A stretch of DNA of 64,000 bases, taken from IMG/VR virus record IMGVR_UViG_3300013936_000002, positions 10,408 through 74,407 of that record, one strand, 5' to 3'. Below, one piece after another: positions 29,740 through 40,078 of the stretch (position 1 is its first letter; each line of letters begins with the position of its first letter). The translations under genes were made by a program, and so were the position numbers. The notes below the pieces were generated by a model. That model saw only the letters and a list, made by a program, of their open reading frames with translations. It was not told the origin of the DNA and searched no databases. This stretch comes from a virus (taxonomy: Duplodnaviria > Caudoviricetes).

Positions 29740-30192
29740 TTATCTTGTTTTAACTACTACACCATATTTTAATAAATGATAATTTTCATCATCAGTTGTT
29801 AAACAAGTTCCATTAATAGAATTTAAACTATTAATAAAATTCTTATCACAAAATACTACTAAAATTATATCATTTACTTCTAACCCAGTATGTATGGTTA
29901 ACGATTTTTCTTGATTATTATCTTTTATTACAAATTCATGTTCAGTTCCACTATTGCTTTCTTTATCAAAATAATAAGCATAAATCGAGTATGAAGATTG
30001 ATTGCTTTCTAATGGAAAAGGTTTACACCTAATTATTCCAAAAGAATTATCATCATTAATAGGTTGTATTATCTCTTCTACATAAGCTAATGTAGCAACT
30101 TTTAAATCAGTAAATATATTGTGTTTTAAAATCAATAATACATCTAATAATGAGCTAGCATTATTAATTCGTTGTTCTTCAGTTTCTCTCAT
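29740..30192 (-). CDS. Baseplate spike (gp138/gpV-like OB domain)
   Basis: GLEVNDIILVVFCDKN pattern and position. Confidence 0.65.
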   Translation of the reverse strand: MRETEEQRINNASSLLDVLLILKHNIFTDLKVATLAYVEEIIQPINDDNSFGIIRCKPFPLESNQSSYSIYAYYFDKESNSGTEHEFVIKDNNQEKSLTIHTGLEVNDIILVVFCDKNFINSLNSINGTCLTTDDENYHLLKYGVVVKTR

Positions 30193-31199
30193 TTAACATT
30201 ACCTCCAACAATATTGTTAATGATATTTAATCCTATTGCTTGAATATTTAATTCAAATGTACTACCACGGTTTTGGAAGATAAAATTAATCTCTTTTATC
30301 ATGTAACCACCATTAGTAGATAAATAGTTGTTTTTCCAATTCTTTTGTGCACCTTCTAAAGATGTTTCAGTTCTATTAACATACGCATTATCAATATAAA
30401 TAATATCTCCTGGAATAAAATTAAAAGTTGGAAATAAACATATTTTCAAACCATCTTTACTAATGCTAGGATTTCCTTTATTAAAATTAATAGTATTAGG
30501 ATTAATAACAATTTGTCTTTTGTCATTAATTGTACTCATATTAATTACTTGGTTGTCTAAAGAAGAATCAATATTAGAGATTAAATCATTTGAATTGTTT
30601 GATAAACTTTCAACAAAACTAGCAGGAGTATCATAAGCACTAATAACTTCATGAATGTATTTTTGTTTTAATTCTTCACTTAATGTTGATGTATCAATGC
30701 CTTTTTGTAAACAAATATAATTTAAAATCCCATACATAGACATGTTAGGAATAAGATTAATATTAATTCTTGATTGAGAATATCTAGCAACAAATGTAGA
30801 AGCAAAAATGATAGTACAAGTATTATCTTTTTTCATAGTGATTTCATCACTTATATAAGCAATCTCACCTTTAAAAAATCTTTCCATACTTTGTGAACGA
30901 TAACCAGCCCATATCTCAATCTCATAAAATTGTCCTTCGATAATTCTATAAATTTCTGCATAAGTCAAGTTAGAGATTTTAACAGTTCCTTGATTTAACA
31001 TACTTGAGATTTGTTTAGTTCCATTTACTTCAATATTTAATTGATCGTTTATATATTCGTTTTTACCATTTCTAGTTCCGAAGACTAAATCATCAACATT
31101 GTAAATTTTACTTTTTAACTTGATAACCAAATCACGCATCCAACATAGCTTTTTATCAGTAATAATATTTTGTTCTTTCATATTATACAAAACCCTCAC
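30189..31199 (-). CDS. Baseplate hub protein
   Basis: GTVKISNLT, IEIWAGY....FFKGEI, YMIKEINF. Confidence 0.75.
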   Translation of the reverse strand: MRVLYNMKEQNIITDKKLCWMRDLVIKLKSKIYNVDDLVFGTRNGKNEYINDQLNIEVNGTKQISSMLNQGTVKISNLTYAEIYRIIEGQFYEIEIWAGYRSQSMERFFKGEIAYISDEITMKKDNTCTIIFASTFVARYSQSRININLIPNMSMYGILNYICLQKGIDTSTLSEELKQKYIHEVISAYDTPASFVESLSNNSNDLISNIDSSLDNQVINMSTINDKRQIVINPNTINFNKGNPSISKDGLKICLFPTFNFIPGDIIYIDNAYVNRTETSLEGAQKNWKNNYLSTNGGYMIKEINFIFQNRGSTFELNIQAIGLNIINNIVGGNVK

Positions 31200-32658
31200 T
31201 AATTATTGCTTTATTTATAGCATCTGTAATTTTTTTTACATTGTCTTGTATTCTACCTTTTGAAACCCATATTGAATAACTAGACAATTTGTTTTTAACA
31301 TTATCTATTTTTTCTTGTGTATTATTATACTCATTATTAAATGAAGCATTACACAAATAGACTTCGTATTGTTTAGTTAAATCTTTAAACCACATATTTT
31401 GGTTTCTATTAAAGTCAACCATGTTAGTAATTGGAGACCACTTATTTTGCATTTCAATTATCTTACCATCTAAAGTAGTAATATTTACATCCCAACTATT
31501 GTTATTCATATTATTTTTTTCAAACTTAATAATATAATAATTACCACCAATGTTTAAACTAACCTTATGTGGTTGGTCTTGATTTATAGTATAAATACTA
31601 AGATTAGAGTTAACTTTATTAACTTCAACTTCAATATCATCAAGCAAATTAGTTAATCTATTAAGATCAGGGTTAGCAGAACCATTAACTAATTTAAATG
31701 CTATTTTTTGTCTTTCTCTTTGTTTAATTGCTTCAATATATTTAGAAATACCAGTAATCAAAATAACTGCACCTATAATTGCAATTGCAACAATTGTTCC
31801 AACTGGTGCAACTACACTACTTGCTGCAATTGTAGCACCTGTTGAGGCTGCTGCAGTAGTCAATAAAGTTGTAGTAATAGCAGTAACTTTTAAAACAATC
31901 TTAATTAATAAAGCTGCTACAAAAGCAGTAACACCACCTGGTAAAGCAAAATCTTTAAAATACATTTGAATGTTTGCAACAAAATCATTATCAATATAAC
32001 CATTATCATTTAATGATTTAATGACACTTTCTTTTAATTGTCCTGTTTTAGCTAAAACTGTTCCTAAAGAACTTCCAATCGGTTCATCAATACTAGGCAA
32101 CCCATTGTCTCTTCTTTCAGCTTCACTTAATTGTTGAACGGTTTGAGTTTCAACCATTATCACTTCTTTAAACTCAAAAGCAAAACTCATAGAGTTTTGT
32201 TTTTCAACCCATGAACAAGATGTTAAAGCCATGTTTTTTCGAGCTTTAAATCTTGCATTTTCAGTATTGATATTATTTTCACTATCAGATTCTAAAGTTA
32301 AAACATCACATAAATAACCTTGACTTTTTATCTTTTCAAAAACATTTTGTATTCTAGTTAGTCTATCACCATTGCCTTCAAAACCATAAGAATCACTATT
32401 CCAATTTTTACCATTTAAAGAAAAGCTACCTGATATATTTAATGTATCAGGGTTTCTAAACATGTGGTCAGTCATAGTATCGCCATCTTGTAAAGGGTAT
32501 GAACAAGTAGTTGATGATGATGTGACTTTTTTATCGTTAACAATATCAAAAAGTAAATATTTAGTAGGATCTTCATTAGCTGGTAATGTTTCATTACCCC
32601 ATTGATTCATATTAACTTTAATAATAGCTTTATAACTTTTATTTGAACCATAAGCCAT
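31183..32658 (-). CDS. Distal-tail (Dit-like) protein fused to a hydrophobic hairpin and a beta domain
   Basis: SYPLQDG..MTDHMFRNPD.LNISG N-terminus directly after the tape measure; ~70-aa hydrophobic middle. Confidence 0.65.
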   Translation of the reverse strand: MAYGSNKSYKAIIKVNMNQWGNETLPANEDPTKYLLFDIVNDKKVTSSSTTCSYPLQDGDTMTDHMFRNPDTLNISGSFSLNGKNWNSDSYGFEGNGDRLTRIQNVFEKIKSQGYLCDVLTLESDSENNINTENARFKARKNMALTSCSWVEKQNSMSFAFEFKEVIMVETQTVQQLSEAERRDNGLPSIDEPIGSSLGTVLAKTGQLKESVIKSLNDNGYIDNDFVANIQMYFKDFALPGGVTAFVAALLIKIVLKVTAITTTLLTTAAASTGATIAASSVVAPVGTIVAIAIIGAVILITGISKYIEAIKQRERQKIAFKLVNGSANPDLNRLTNLLDDIEVEVNKVNSNLSIYTINQDQPHKVSLNIGGNYYIIKFEKNNMNNNSWDVNITTLDGKIIEMQNKWSPITNMVDFNRNQNMWFKDLTKQYEVYLCNASFNNEYNNTQEKIDNVKNKLSSYSIWVSKGRIQDNVKKITDAINKAIISEGFV

Positions 32659-32671
32659 ATCTCAACCCTCC

Positions 32672-33775
32672 TTAATATTTAATAGCTGTCGTTAATTGTT
32701 TAGCAATAGTTGACCATTGATTATTAATACTATCATTTATTTCATTAGCACCTTGTAAAACACCTGTAGTATTATTTGTATTATTAATATAAACTCTAGT
32801 TGAGTTTCCAACACTTGGAGCAAACAAATTTCCAATATTACTAAAAGCATTTAAAATAGACATAACAATATTGCCTATTGCTTTAACTACTTCAAAAGTT
32901 CCTTTTAAGACTGCCATGATAGTATCTTTATTCTCAGCTACCCATGATAAAAATTCCATAGCTAATTCTTGCTTTAATTCTTCAAACTCTAATTGCATTG
33001 ATTGTATAGATGATAATGTTCCTGAACTTTCCATCTTGTTATAAAATTCAGAATATCTTTCCATATATTCTAAAAGTTTACTTCTTTGTTCAGCGTTCAT
33101 CCATGGTAAATCACTTTCACTAATATTTAATAATGATGTAGCTTGAGTAAAAGCAAATGCTTGTGATGAAGATAATCCATACTTCATTCTAGTCTCTCTT
33201 GCACTAGCATTTGTGATTAATGAATCAGATGAAAAAGTTGCCATACCAGTTTTTAAATCAGTAAATTGACCAATAACATCTTTTACACCTTTACTTAAAT
33301 CTAAAAAATTAACATTTAAAACTTTTATTGATTCTCTAAAAACATTAAAACCTTTTTCTAATACTTCAAAACCTAATTTAGTAAAAAAGTTGCCTTTACT
33401 ATCACCACTAGTTAAAGCATCCTTTAATGTTTCATATCCTCTTGATAAAAGATTACCTTTGCCACCAAATGCGACATTTGACGCAGTTTCTATACCTTTT
33501 AATAGTTTTTTACCATTTGTAGTTTTTTCGTTGTCCTTAGTGGCTGTATTTAACTTTCTAATAGATTCAGTAGCTTCATCAACATTCTTTTTATATTGTT
33601 TCATATAAGCGTTAGTGTCTCTAACAGCTTTTCTATATGATTCAGGAAATAAATCTTTTAAGACTAATTTAATTGTATTTAATTGTTTAACTAATTCTTT
33701 AAATTGAGTATTAAGAAGTTTAAGTTGTTCATCACCAACTTTAATATCAATACTCTTAGTAATTCTATCAGCCAT
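32672..33775 (-). CDS. Short tape measure protein
   Basis: Between tail chaperone and Dit/hub genes; helical, low-aromatic composition. Confidence 0.7.
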   Translation of the reverse strand: MADRITKSIDIKVGDEQLKLLNTQFKELVKQLNTIKLVLKDLFPESYRKAVRDTNAYMKQYKKNVDEATESIRKLNTATKDNEKTTNGKKLLKGIETASNVAFGGKGNLLSRGYETLKDALTSGDSKGNFFTKLGFEVLEKGFNVFRESIKVLNVNFLDLSKGVKDVIGQFTDLKTGMATFSSDSLITNASARETRMKYGLSSSQAFAFTQATSLLNISESDLPWMNAEQRSKLLEYMERYSEFYNKMESSGTLSSIQSMQLEFEELKQELAMEFLSWVAENKDTIMAVLKGTFEVVKAIGNIVMSILNAFSNIGNLFAPSVGNSTRVYINNTNNTTGVLQGANEINDSINNQWSTIAKQLTTAIKY

Positions 33776-33797
33776 AACTTAAACTCCTTTCTACTTA

Positions 33798-34037
33798 TTA
33801 ATTTTCTAAAGCTATATGTTTATTGTAGATTGTTGCTAAACAAATTTCATATAAATCCACAACTTCATCAATTGAGTAAACATTTTTCAATTCATAAAGT
33901 GTAGCAAGTTTGTTTGTAATAAGTAAATAAACAATAGGATTAATTCTTTTAGGTGTTTTAAAATCTTTTTTTTCATCTCCAGTCGAAGAAATGAAATAAG
34001 TCTCATTTATTCGCTGGATTTCTGAAAAGTTTTTAAA
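33798..34037 (-). CDS. Tail assembly chaperone frameshift extension (gpT-like), no own start codon
   Basis: -1 frame open from the slippery T TTA AAA (34037-34031) to TAA at 33798; encodes LATLYELKNVYSIDEVVDLYEI. Confidence 0.8.
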   Translation of the reverse strand, partial: FKNFSEIQRINETYFISSTGDEKKDFKTPKRINPIVYLLITNKLATLYELKNVYSIDEVVDLYEICLATIYNKHIALEN

Positions 34038-34318
34038 ATTACCTCTTGCATATACTTGTTAGATAATTGAGATAAGCTAATTAAATCATTTTCAATTCCA
34101 CTTGGCATATAAATTTCACGACTTGGAACTTTAACAGCTATCCATTTCTCACCTTGCTTGACTTCAATATGTTCTAAAGCAAAGTTAATAAATTGTTTAG
34201 TTGATTCATACTTTTCAAAATCCATTTGTGAAACAATAGCAAGTAGATCTACTGGTGAGCATTTAGCAAATCTAAATGTTTCTTCTCTTGTATCAATTTT
34301 AAACTCTTCTTGTATCAT
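34007..34318 (-). CDS. Tail assembly chaperone (gpG-like)
   Basis: Upstream of tape measure; slippery heptamer just before its stop. Confidence 0.75.
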   Translation of the reverse strand: MIQEEFKIDTREETFRFAKCSPVDLLAIVSQMDFEKYESTKQFINFALEHIEVKQGEKWIAVKVPSREIYMPSGIENDLISLSQLSNKYMQEVILKTFQKSSE

Positions 34319-34343
34319 TTTATTTATCTCTCCTTTATTTTAA

Positions 34344-35438
34344 TTAAATGCTAGTAACTTCAGCTACATCATTTATAAATTGAAATTGAACAGAACACCA
34401 CATATTGAAAGATAAGTTTATATTTTCAATACTATTATTAATTGAATTCTCACTGTCAATAGTTTCTAAATAAAGGTCGACCTTTAAATCGTATTTTGTT
34501 TCTCTACCACAATCAATTTCATATTGTCTATCTTCGTGTGGATATACTGGAACTCTCTCCATAAAAAACATCATTGCAGTTATTTTAAATCTTGTCAATG
34601 CTGAAGTTGATAAAGTACCAAATGCAACATCTTGAGATTGCTGATAACCACGATTCATATAACCATTAAATGCAGTACCAGTAATATTACCCATTTTAAC
34701 TATCGATCCGACATTTATATTAAATGAAATAACTCCCATATTATCAATAACTTTTTTTACATTTGCATCTTGTGTACTAACATCTTTACGATTAAAAAAA
34801 GCCATTTGAATAATTAATTTTTTTTCTTTTCCATTACAAACATAGTATTTTTTATCATCAAACCCTGTAGCATATAACCCCATATCATCATCCGTAAATT
34901 TTAAAGAACTACTATACATTTGTATGTTTTCTTTTACTACACCAAATTGCATAAAATTAGGCATAGGAAATCTTTTATTATCATTTAAAGGACATGGAAT
35001 TCCAGTAAGCTTATTTATATTTTCTATTTTTGTAGAAATAGCATTATTCATTGTAAAGTTAGTTCCAATTAATGTACCTTCAGGTTTAGCTATATTAAAT
35101 ATTCCAAAATCACCATAGTCATAACCAGTTGAAATTGTACCTGCATCATAATCATCTGCAACTTTTAAATTAATAATTTGTTTTACATATTCTTCAAAAG
35201 CACTTTTTATATTAGCTGTTTGTGTATCAATGTTATCATTAGTTAACTCAGGACCAATGGTGAAACTACCATAATCTTTTAAGATATTAAAAAAAGTATA
35301 TGAACCAATAGTTGCATTTCTTAAAGCAAGATTCATATCTTTTGCAATAATTAATTTTCCTTTAACAAAATCACTTAAATAATCACTTGTACTCTCTAAA
35401 GGAGTATTGCCAAATAATTTAATATTATTAGTACTCAT
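34344..35438 (-). CDS. Putative structural (fibre-like) protein
   Basis: N-terminal G.LI.AKDMN.ALR pattern reminiscent of myovirus fibre anchors; operon position. Confidence 0.45.
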   Translation of the reverse strand: MSTNNIKLFGNTPLESTSDYLSDFVKGKLIIAKDMNLALRNATIGSYTFFNILKDYGSFTIGPELTNDNIDTQTANIKSAFEEYVKQIINLKVADDYDAGTISTGYDYGDFGIFNIAKPEGTLIGTNFTMNNAISTKIENINKLTGIPCPLNDNKRFPMPNFMQFGVVKENIQMYSSSLKFTDDDMGLYATGFDDKKYYVCNGKEKKLIIQMAFFNRKDVSTQDANVKKVIDNMGVISFNINVGSIVKMGNITGTAFNGYMNRGYQQSQDVAFGTLSTSALTRFKITAMMFFMERVPVYPHEDRQYEIDCGRETKYDLKVDLYLETIDSENSINNSIENINLSFNMWCSVQFQFINDVAEVTSI

Positions 35439-35461
35439 ATACTTTTTTCCTTTCTTTTAAA

Positions 35462-35851
35462 CTAAGCTTCTTCTTTTACTTCAGTTTCTTTTTTAAACAT
35501 TGGATTAATTTGTTTTTCAAGTTGTTTATTTCTTGCATCAGCATTTTTCATTTTATTGATTGCTTCATCAATTCTTTCAACTTCTTCTTTAGATGTGTTT
35601 CCACAATCATCAGTTTCAGCACCAATAGTTAAAAGTCTATCTCTTTCAAGTGATTTAACTGTTTTCCAATTTTTAATTTGTGCTGGATAATAATAAGTTC
35701 CAGCTTTAATTAAATAACGAAAAGGAACCCATCCTGGTTTAACATTGAGCTTGTCAGCCATAGGTGCAGTAGGATTTGTTAAGTTAACAGAGCCTAAATC
35801 TCTAGTAACTTCAATTGTAATTGTTGATGTAATAAGTACATATTTTTTCAT
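35462..35851 (-). CDS. Hypothetical protein
   Basis: AGGAGAG RBS, operon position. Confidence 0.6.
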   Translation of the reverse strand: MKKYVLITSTITIEVTRDLGSVNLTNPTAPMADKLNVKPGWVPFRYLIKAGTYYYPAQIKNWKTVKSLERDRLLTIGAETDDCGNTSKEEVERIDEAINKMKNADARNKQLEKQINPMFKKETEVKEEA

Positions 35852-35869
35852 ATAATTATCTCTCCTTTC

Positions 35870-36145
35870 TTATTGGTCATCAAACATATCTATCAAATAG
35901 ACTCGCATAGGTCTACCATCAAGCATTTTGGTTGTATGGTTTTTTCTTCTTAACGCATTGCAAATCTCACAACCTATAAGATTTTTATTTACTGCATTAA
36001 CTTCCATACCTCTAAATTCACAAATTTGAATAATGTTATCAAATGAGTAAAGATAAACTTCATCAGTGTGGTCGTAAAATACTATATTGTATTTTTTCTT
36101 GTAAAACTTAACGACTTGAACATCATTCTTCTTGGACTTCTTCAT
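35870..36145 (-). CDS. Hypothetical protein overlapping the portal 3' end
   Basis: Start moved to MKKSKK with AGGAGAG RBS. Confidence 0.5.
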   Translation of the reverse strand: MKKSKKNDVQVVKFYKKKYNIVFYDHTDEVYLYSFDNIIQICEFRGMEVNAVNKNLIGCEICNALRRKNHTTKMLDGRPMRVYLIDMFDDQ

Positions 36146-37778
36146 TAACACTCTCTCCTGTATTAACTTCAACATTTTCATTGATTGGTTTATTTTCTTC
36201 ATTTAATGGTTCGTTTTCTATAGGTTGTTGATTAAATCTACTTAAAGATGGAAAACTACTTCTATCGATTGAAGAACCACCTAATTTTTCAAGTTCTTTA
36301 ATACTAGACAATAAATCTTTTTGTGCTTCTAATTTAAGTTTATTAAGTTGTTCTTCAGTAAATGCAATATTAATACTTCCTTTATTCATAAAGTCTTGTA
36401 TAGATAAAGCCATTTGATATTTAGAAATTAAACCTCTATCATTAATTGAAGATAACATACTAACTAAACCATTAATAGCATTTATCTTTTCGTTGTTTTC
36501 TTCTTCTTTATTTAATGAGTTAAATGAAAAGTCGACATCACCTTTAATATCATATACAGCAAAACAAATCTTTAAAAACTTATTCATCACAGGTCTAACC
36601 AAAGAATCGCAACGACCTAAGATTGTTTTTGAGTATCGTTTGAAAGCATCACTTTCTTGAGATAACCCACCTTTTAAATCACCAAATAATATTCCTTGCA
36701 TTTCTAAAGCAGCCGAGATTAACCACATGTTTTTCTCAAGTAGATCTGATAATCCAGCCATTTGAGTGAAACCACCTGAAGTATATTCATCATCTTTATC
36801 AAGTAAGGTCAATGAGTTAAAAGTTCTAGCCCAATTAACCATTTCAAGTCTTTTCATAAGTTGTTGTTTGTTAGCTTCATCTGCGCCCATAAAAACACCA
36901 CGCATACCAGACATTTTAATAACTTCAATTAATGACTTGTTAACTAAAGATGTTATAGCTGACTTCAATTGGTCATCTCTACTTAATTCATTTAATATGT
37001 GAGACCCTTCAGCATAGCCCCAACCCATGAGTTGACCATTCTTAATTAAATTAGGAGCATTTCTATGTTCATATCTTAATACATAAGAATGATGAACCTT
37101 ACAAGTATGACCATCTGCGAATGTAACTTCATAATAAGCTGGTTTACCAAAATCTATATTCTTCATATTAGTAACTGTCTCACTAGATGGAACACAACCA
37201 TACCAACGATCCGTTACATATAAAGTCATTTTCTTTCCTTTGATTTTTTCTTTATTAATAGTACGACCTAAATCTTCATCATTTAGACCATCAAACATTA
37301 CAACTGCAATAGATCCACCAAATAAAGCACCCCATTTTAAAAGGTTAACTAAATCATTTTTAGAATCGTTGTATGCTTTGTAAACGGCAGTATAATCTTC
37401 ATCACCATTAATAGTAATACCACAAGTGATTTCATCTTGTGCAGGCTTATCAATAGCTCTTTTGAAAACCCAAGAATCATTATATAACGCTAACCATAAA
37501 GTATAATTTAAAGTATCATTAGAAAATCCATAGTTAGTAAAAGAAGAAACCTTATCATCAGTTCCAGTAGAATTTAATGAGTTTCCCCAGTGATCCTTTA
37601 AAGCAACACTCTTACTTGCAGTGTCTTTAATCTTTGACATTGTATCATCTAAATGAGTTTCTAAATCGGAATGTTTAGGTGATAAATATTGTTGCATTAA
37701 ATTAATTACTTGTTCGTTAGACATTGAATTACCACTAGTACTAACATTAATGTTTAAATCTGTTTTCTTTTCAGCCAT
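36123..37778 (-). CDS. Portal protein (DUF1073-like)
   Basis: LYNDSWVFKRAIDKPA.D, KWGALFGGS, LLDKDDEY, ILFG...GG..QESD...Y. Confidence 0.88.
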   Translation of the reverse strand: MAEKKTDLNINVSTSGNSMSNEQVINLMQQYLSPKHSDLETHLDDTMSKIKDTASKSVALKDHWGNSLNSTGTDDKVSSFTNYGFSNDTLNYTLWLALYNDSWVFKRAIDKPAQDEITCGITINGDEDYTAVYKAYNDSKNDLVNLLKWGALFGGSIAVVMFDGLNDEDLGRTINKEKIKGKKMTLYVTDRWYGCVPSSETVTNMKNIDFGKPAYYEVTFADGHTCKVHHSYVLRYEHRNAPNLIKNGQLMGWGYAEGSHILNELSRDDQLKSAITSLVNKSLIEVIKMSGMRGVFMGADEANKQQLMKRLEMVNWARTFNSLTLLDKDDEYTSGGFTQMAGLSDLLEKNMWLISAALEMQGILFGDLKGGLSQESDAFKRYSKTILGRCDSLVRPVMNKFLKICFAVYDIKGDVDFSFNSLNKEEENNEKINAINGLVSMLSSINDRGLISKYQMALSIQDFMNKGSINIAFTEEQLNKLKLEAQKDLLSSIKELEKLGGSSIDRSSFPSLSRFNQQPIENEPLNEENKPINENVEVNTGESVNEEVQEE

Positions 37779-37805
37779 AATCTTATACTCTATACCTCAA
37801 AAATT

Positions 37806-37838
37806 ATTATAAAACCATTTTCAAAAAATGTAAATAAT
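37806..37838 (-). promoter_or_regulatory. Promoter of the structural arm
   Basis: Minus strand ttatttaca-ttttttgaaaatggttt-tataat (TTTACA-17-TATAAT). Confidence 0.75.
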
Positions 37839-37870
37839 TTTTAATGAAATAAAAATTATTTATTTAATAA

Positions 37871-37904
37871 AACTATTCACATTTAACTATTATTATGATA
37901 TAAT
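37871..37904 (+). promoter_or_regulatory. Conserved phage promoter
   Basis: aacta-ttcaca-17-tataat. Confidence 0.7.
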
Positions 37905-37969
37905 AAAGGTTGAGTAATATAATTATATAAAAAAAATATGGTATTATGTAATATAGGAGTGTAGAAAAT

Positions 37970-38335
37970 ATGATAGAAGCCGATTACAAATTGAATTTTA
38001 AAAAGATGTCAAGACTAGACATGAAGAAAATTCAAAAGGAAATTAACAAAGAAATCAAAGTCAAAGGGTTAAAGATTAAATGTACTGGAGTTTATTACTC
38101 AAGCGAAAAACCAATTGACTTAGTTTCAAGTGAAGATACCGAACACGATCCACATCACATTCATACATTTACTTTTTATATTAGAGAAATATATTTTGAT
38201 ATATGTTATATGAAAAAAAAGCCAACAAGTATATCATTATATATAACTCCTAAAACGAAATTAAAAGATATAGCAACAATTCTCATTCGTGATTATTCGT
38301 GTTATTGGATTGCTGAACAATTTGTTTCCGATTAA
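37970..38335 (+). CDS. Hypothetical protein, monocistronic
   Basis: Own promoter, AGGAG RBS and terminator. Confidence 0.6.
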   Translation: MIEADYKLNFKKMSRLDMKKIQKEINKEIKVKGLKIKCTGVYYSSEKPIDLVSSEDTEHDPHHIHTFTFYIREIYFDICYMKKKPTSISLYITPKTKLKDIATILIRDYSCYWIAEQFVSD

Positions 38336-38359
38336 AAGTCTTTATCCACAAGACTTTTT
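38334..38359 (+). terminator. Intrinsic terminator
   Basis: aaaagtctt-tatccac-aagactttt plus T run. Confidence 0.7.
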
Positions 38360-38380
38360 ATTTTACTCAATTTGCTTAAA

Positions 38381-38413
38381 ACTATTAACATTTAACTTTA
38401 AATGTGATATAAT
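38381..38413 (+). promoter_or_regulatory. Conserved phage promoter
   Basis: acta-ttaaca-17-tataat with TG. Confidence 0.7.
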
Positions 38414-38438
38414 AGAATAAAAAAGGAGAGATAACGCA

Positions 38439-40010
38439 ATGAGTATTTATGAGAAATTATTTGATTGGCAAAAGGAAATTGTACAAGATTTAAAAGATAA
38501 AAACTCTTATGGATTATTTTTAGACATGGGGTTAGGTAAAACTCCAATATCTTTAGCATTAGCCGAAGTTAATGATTGTGAAAAGGTTTTAGTCGTTTCA
38601 TTAAATGCTAAAGCTCTTGAAGATAAAGATGTTAAAGGATCATTTTGTTGGTGGGGTAGTCAAAGTGCAATGAAATGGAATTGTTATTGCAAAAAGTCCA
38701 TTTTTAATACTAACAAAAAAGGCAAGTGGAATGTAAATGTTAGTACATCAACAAAAGATTTATATTGTATAAATTATGAAGGATTATATGAAAGATTAAA
38801 AACCGAAAAGCGTGGAGTTGTTTTGAACAACAATCTAATGGAATTCTTGAATAGCTGTGGTGGAAAGAAAGTTGCTTTAATATTAGATGAAAGCCATAAG
38901 GTTAAAAATCTTAACTCAATCCAAACACAAGCAATTAAGAAAATAATTCAAACATTGCATTTATATAATTGTACAATTAAAACATATTTGTTAACTGGAA
39001 CACCGTTCACTTGTGGTTATGAAGATTTATACTCGCAACTAAAGATATTAGGATACCCTGAAAACAAAACTCATTTCTTAGATAGATATTGTATTCGTGG
39101 GAACATTAGAAATCTACCTGGCTGGGCGCAACCTATAATTGGTTATAAGAATGAAGATGAGTTAATCGATATTGTTCATCAATATGCAATCACAATTAAA
39201 TCTGTAGAGAAATTAGGAGACAAATTACCAGCAATGGTATTCTCAGACCATGTATTAAAAGAGTCTTTAGATATGAGATTGTTTTCTTCTCAAAAAATAA
39301 AAGTAAAAGAATTAAATAAGATATTAGATGAAAGACAAATAAAATTAGATAGAGAACTCTGGGAATTAGATAATCCTAAAGATATTCAAGTTCCAAATCC
39401 ATTTTATAGAAACATTGATTGCTCAAGTGAAAAGTGGTTAGCAAATACTGCAGCATTAGCTTGGATGAGAGCAAGGCAACTATCAATAGGTTTTCAAGGT
39501 AATAGTGAAGAAGCAAAATGGTTTGATAGAACAAGATTGCAAGTACTTAAAGACTTTTTAGAAAACAATAGAGATAACTATGTATTGTTTTATAACTTTA
39601 CTCCAGAGCTTTTAGAGATATACGATATTTGTCAAGAGCTTGGTTATAACATTGACATTTTTTGTGGAGAGATTAAATCATTAACATTTTATGAAAGGTT
39701 TTCCAAACTGCCTAAAAATGAGAAATTAACAAATGTTGGAAATATAATAATCTCAAATTATGCAAGTGGATCGACTGGAAAAAACTGGCAAGAATACAAT
39801 AAATGTATTTTGTTTTCGATCCCTTTGTTTGCAGATTATGAGCAAGGTTTAAAAAGAATAAATAGATTAGGTCAAGAAAGCAAAATCACAATCTATCATA
39901 GATTCTACTCAAACAATTATTTAGATACTTCTATGCTTAAAGCTCTTGACCAAAAAAAGCAGTATGATTCAGATATGTTCTTGGTTGCTGAAAAAAATCA
40001 AAATATTTAA
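38439..40010 (+). CDS. SNF2-like (SF2) helicase
   Basis: LDMGLGKT, LILDESH.VKN, LLTGTP, Q..KRI.RLGQ. Confidence 0.88.
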   Translation: MSIYEKLFDWQKEIVQDLKDKNSYGLFLDMGLGKTPISLALAEVNDCEKVLVVSLNAKALEDKDVKGSFCWWGSQSAMKWNCYCKKSIFNTNKKGKWNVNVSTSTKDLYCINYEGLYERLKTEKRGVVLNNNLMEFLNSCGGKKVALILDESHKVKNLNSIQTQAIKKIIQTLHLYNCTIKTYLLTGTPFTCGYEDLYSQLKILGYPENKTHFLDRYCIRGNIRNLPGWAQPIIGYKNEDELIDIVHQYAITIKSVEKLGDKLPAMVFSDHVLKESLDMRLFSSQKIKVKELNKILDERQIKLDRELWELDNPKDIQVPNPFYRNIDCSSEKWLANTAALAWMRARQLSIGFQGNSEEAKWFDRTRLQVLKDFLENNRDNYVLFYNFTPELLEIYDICQELGYNIDIFCGEIKSLTFYERFSKLPKNEKLTNVGNIIISNYASGSTGKNWQEYNKCILFSIPLFADYEQGLKRINRLGQESKITIYHRFYSNNYLDTSMLKALDQKKQYDSDMFLVAEKNQNI

Positions 40011-40014
40011 TAAA

Positions 40015-40048
40015 AACTATTTACATTTAACTTAATATTTGCTAAACT
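40015..40048 (+). promoter_or_regulatory. Conserved phage promoter
   Basis: aacta-tttaca-17-taaact. Confidence 0.65.
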
Positions 40049-40078
40049 ATACTTGTGATTAGTAAAGGAGAAAGAAAA

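Noticed and set aside
38342-38350. Perfect DnaA box TTATCCACA
   Set aside because: Single copy in a terminator loop. About one chance occurrence is expected in a window of this size and composition.
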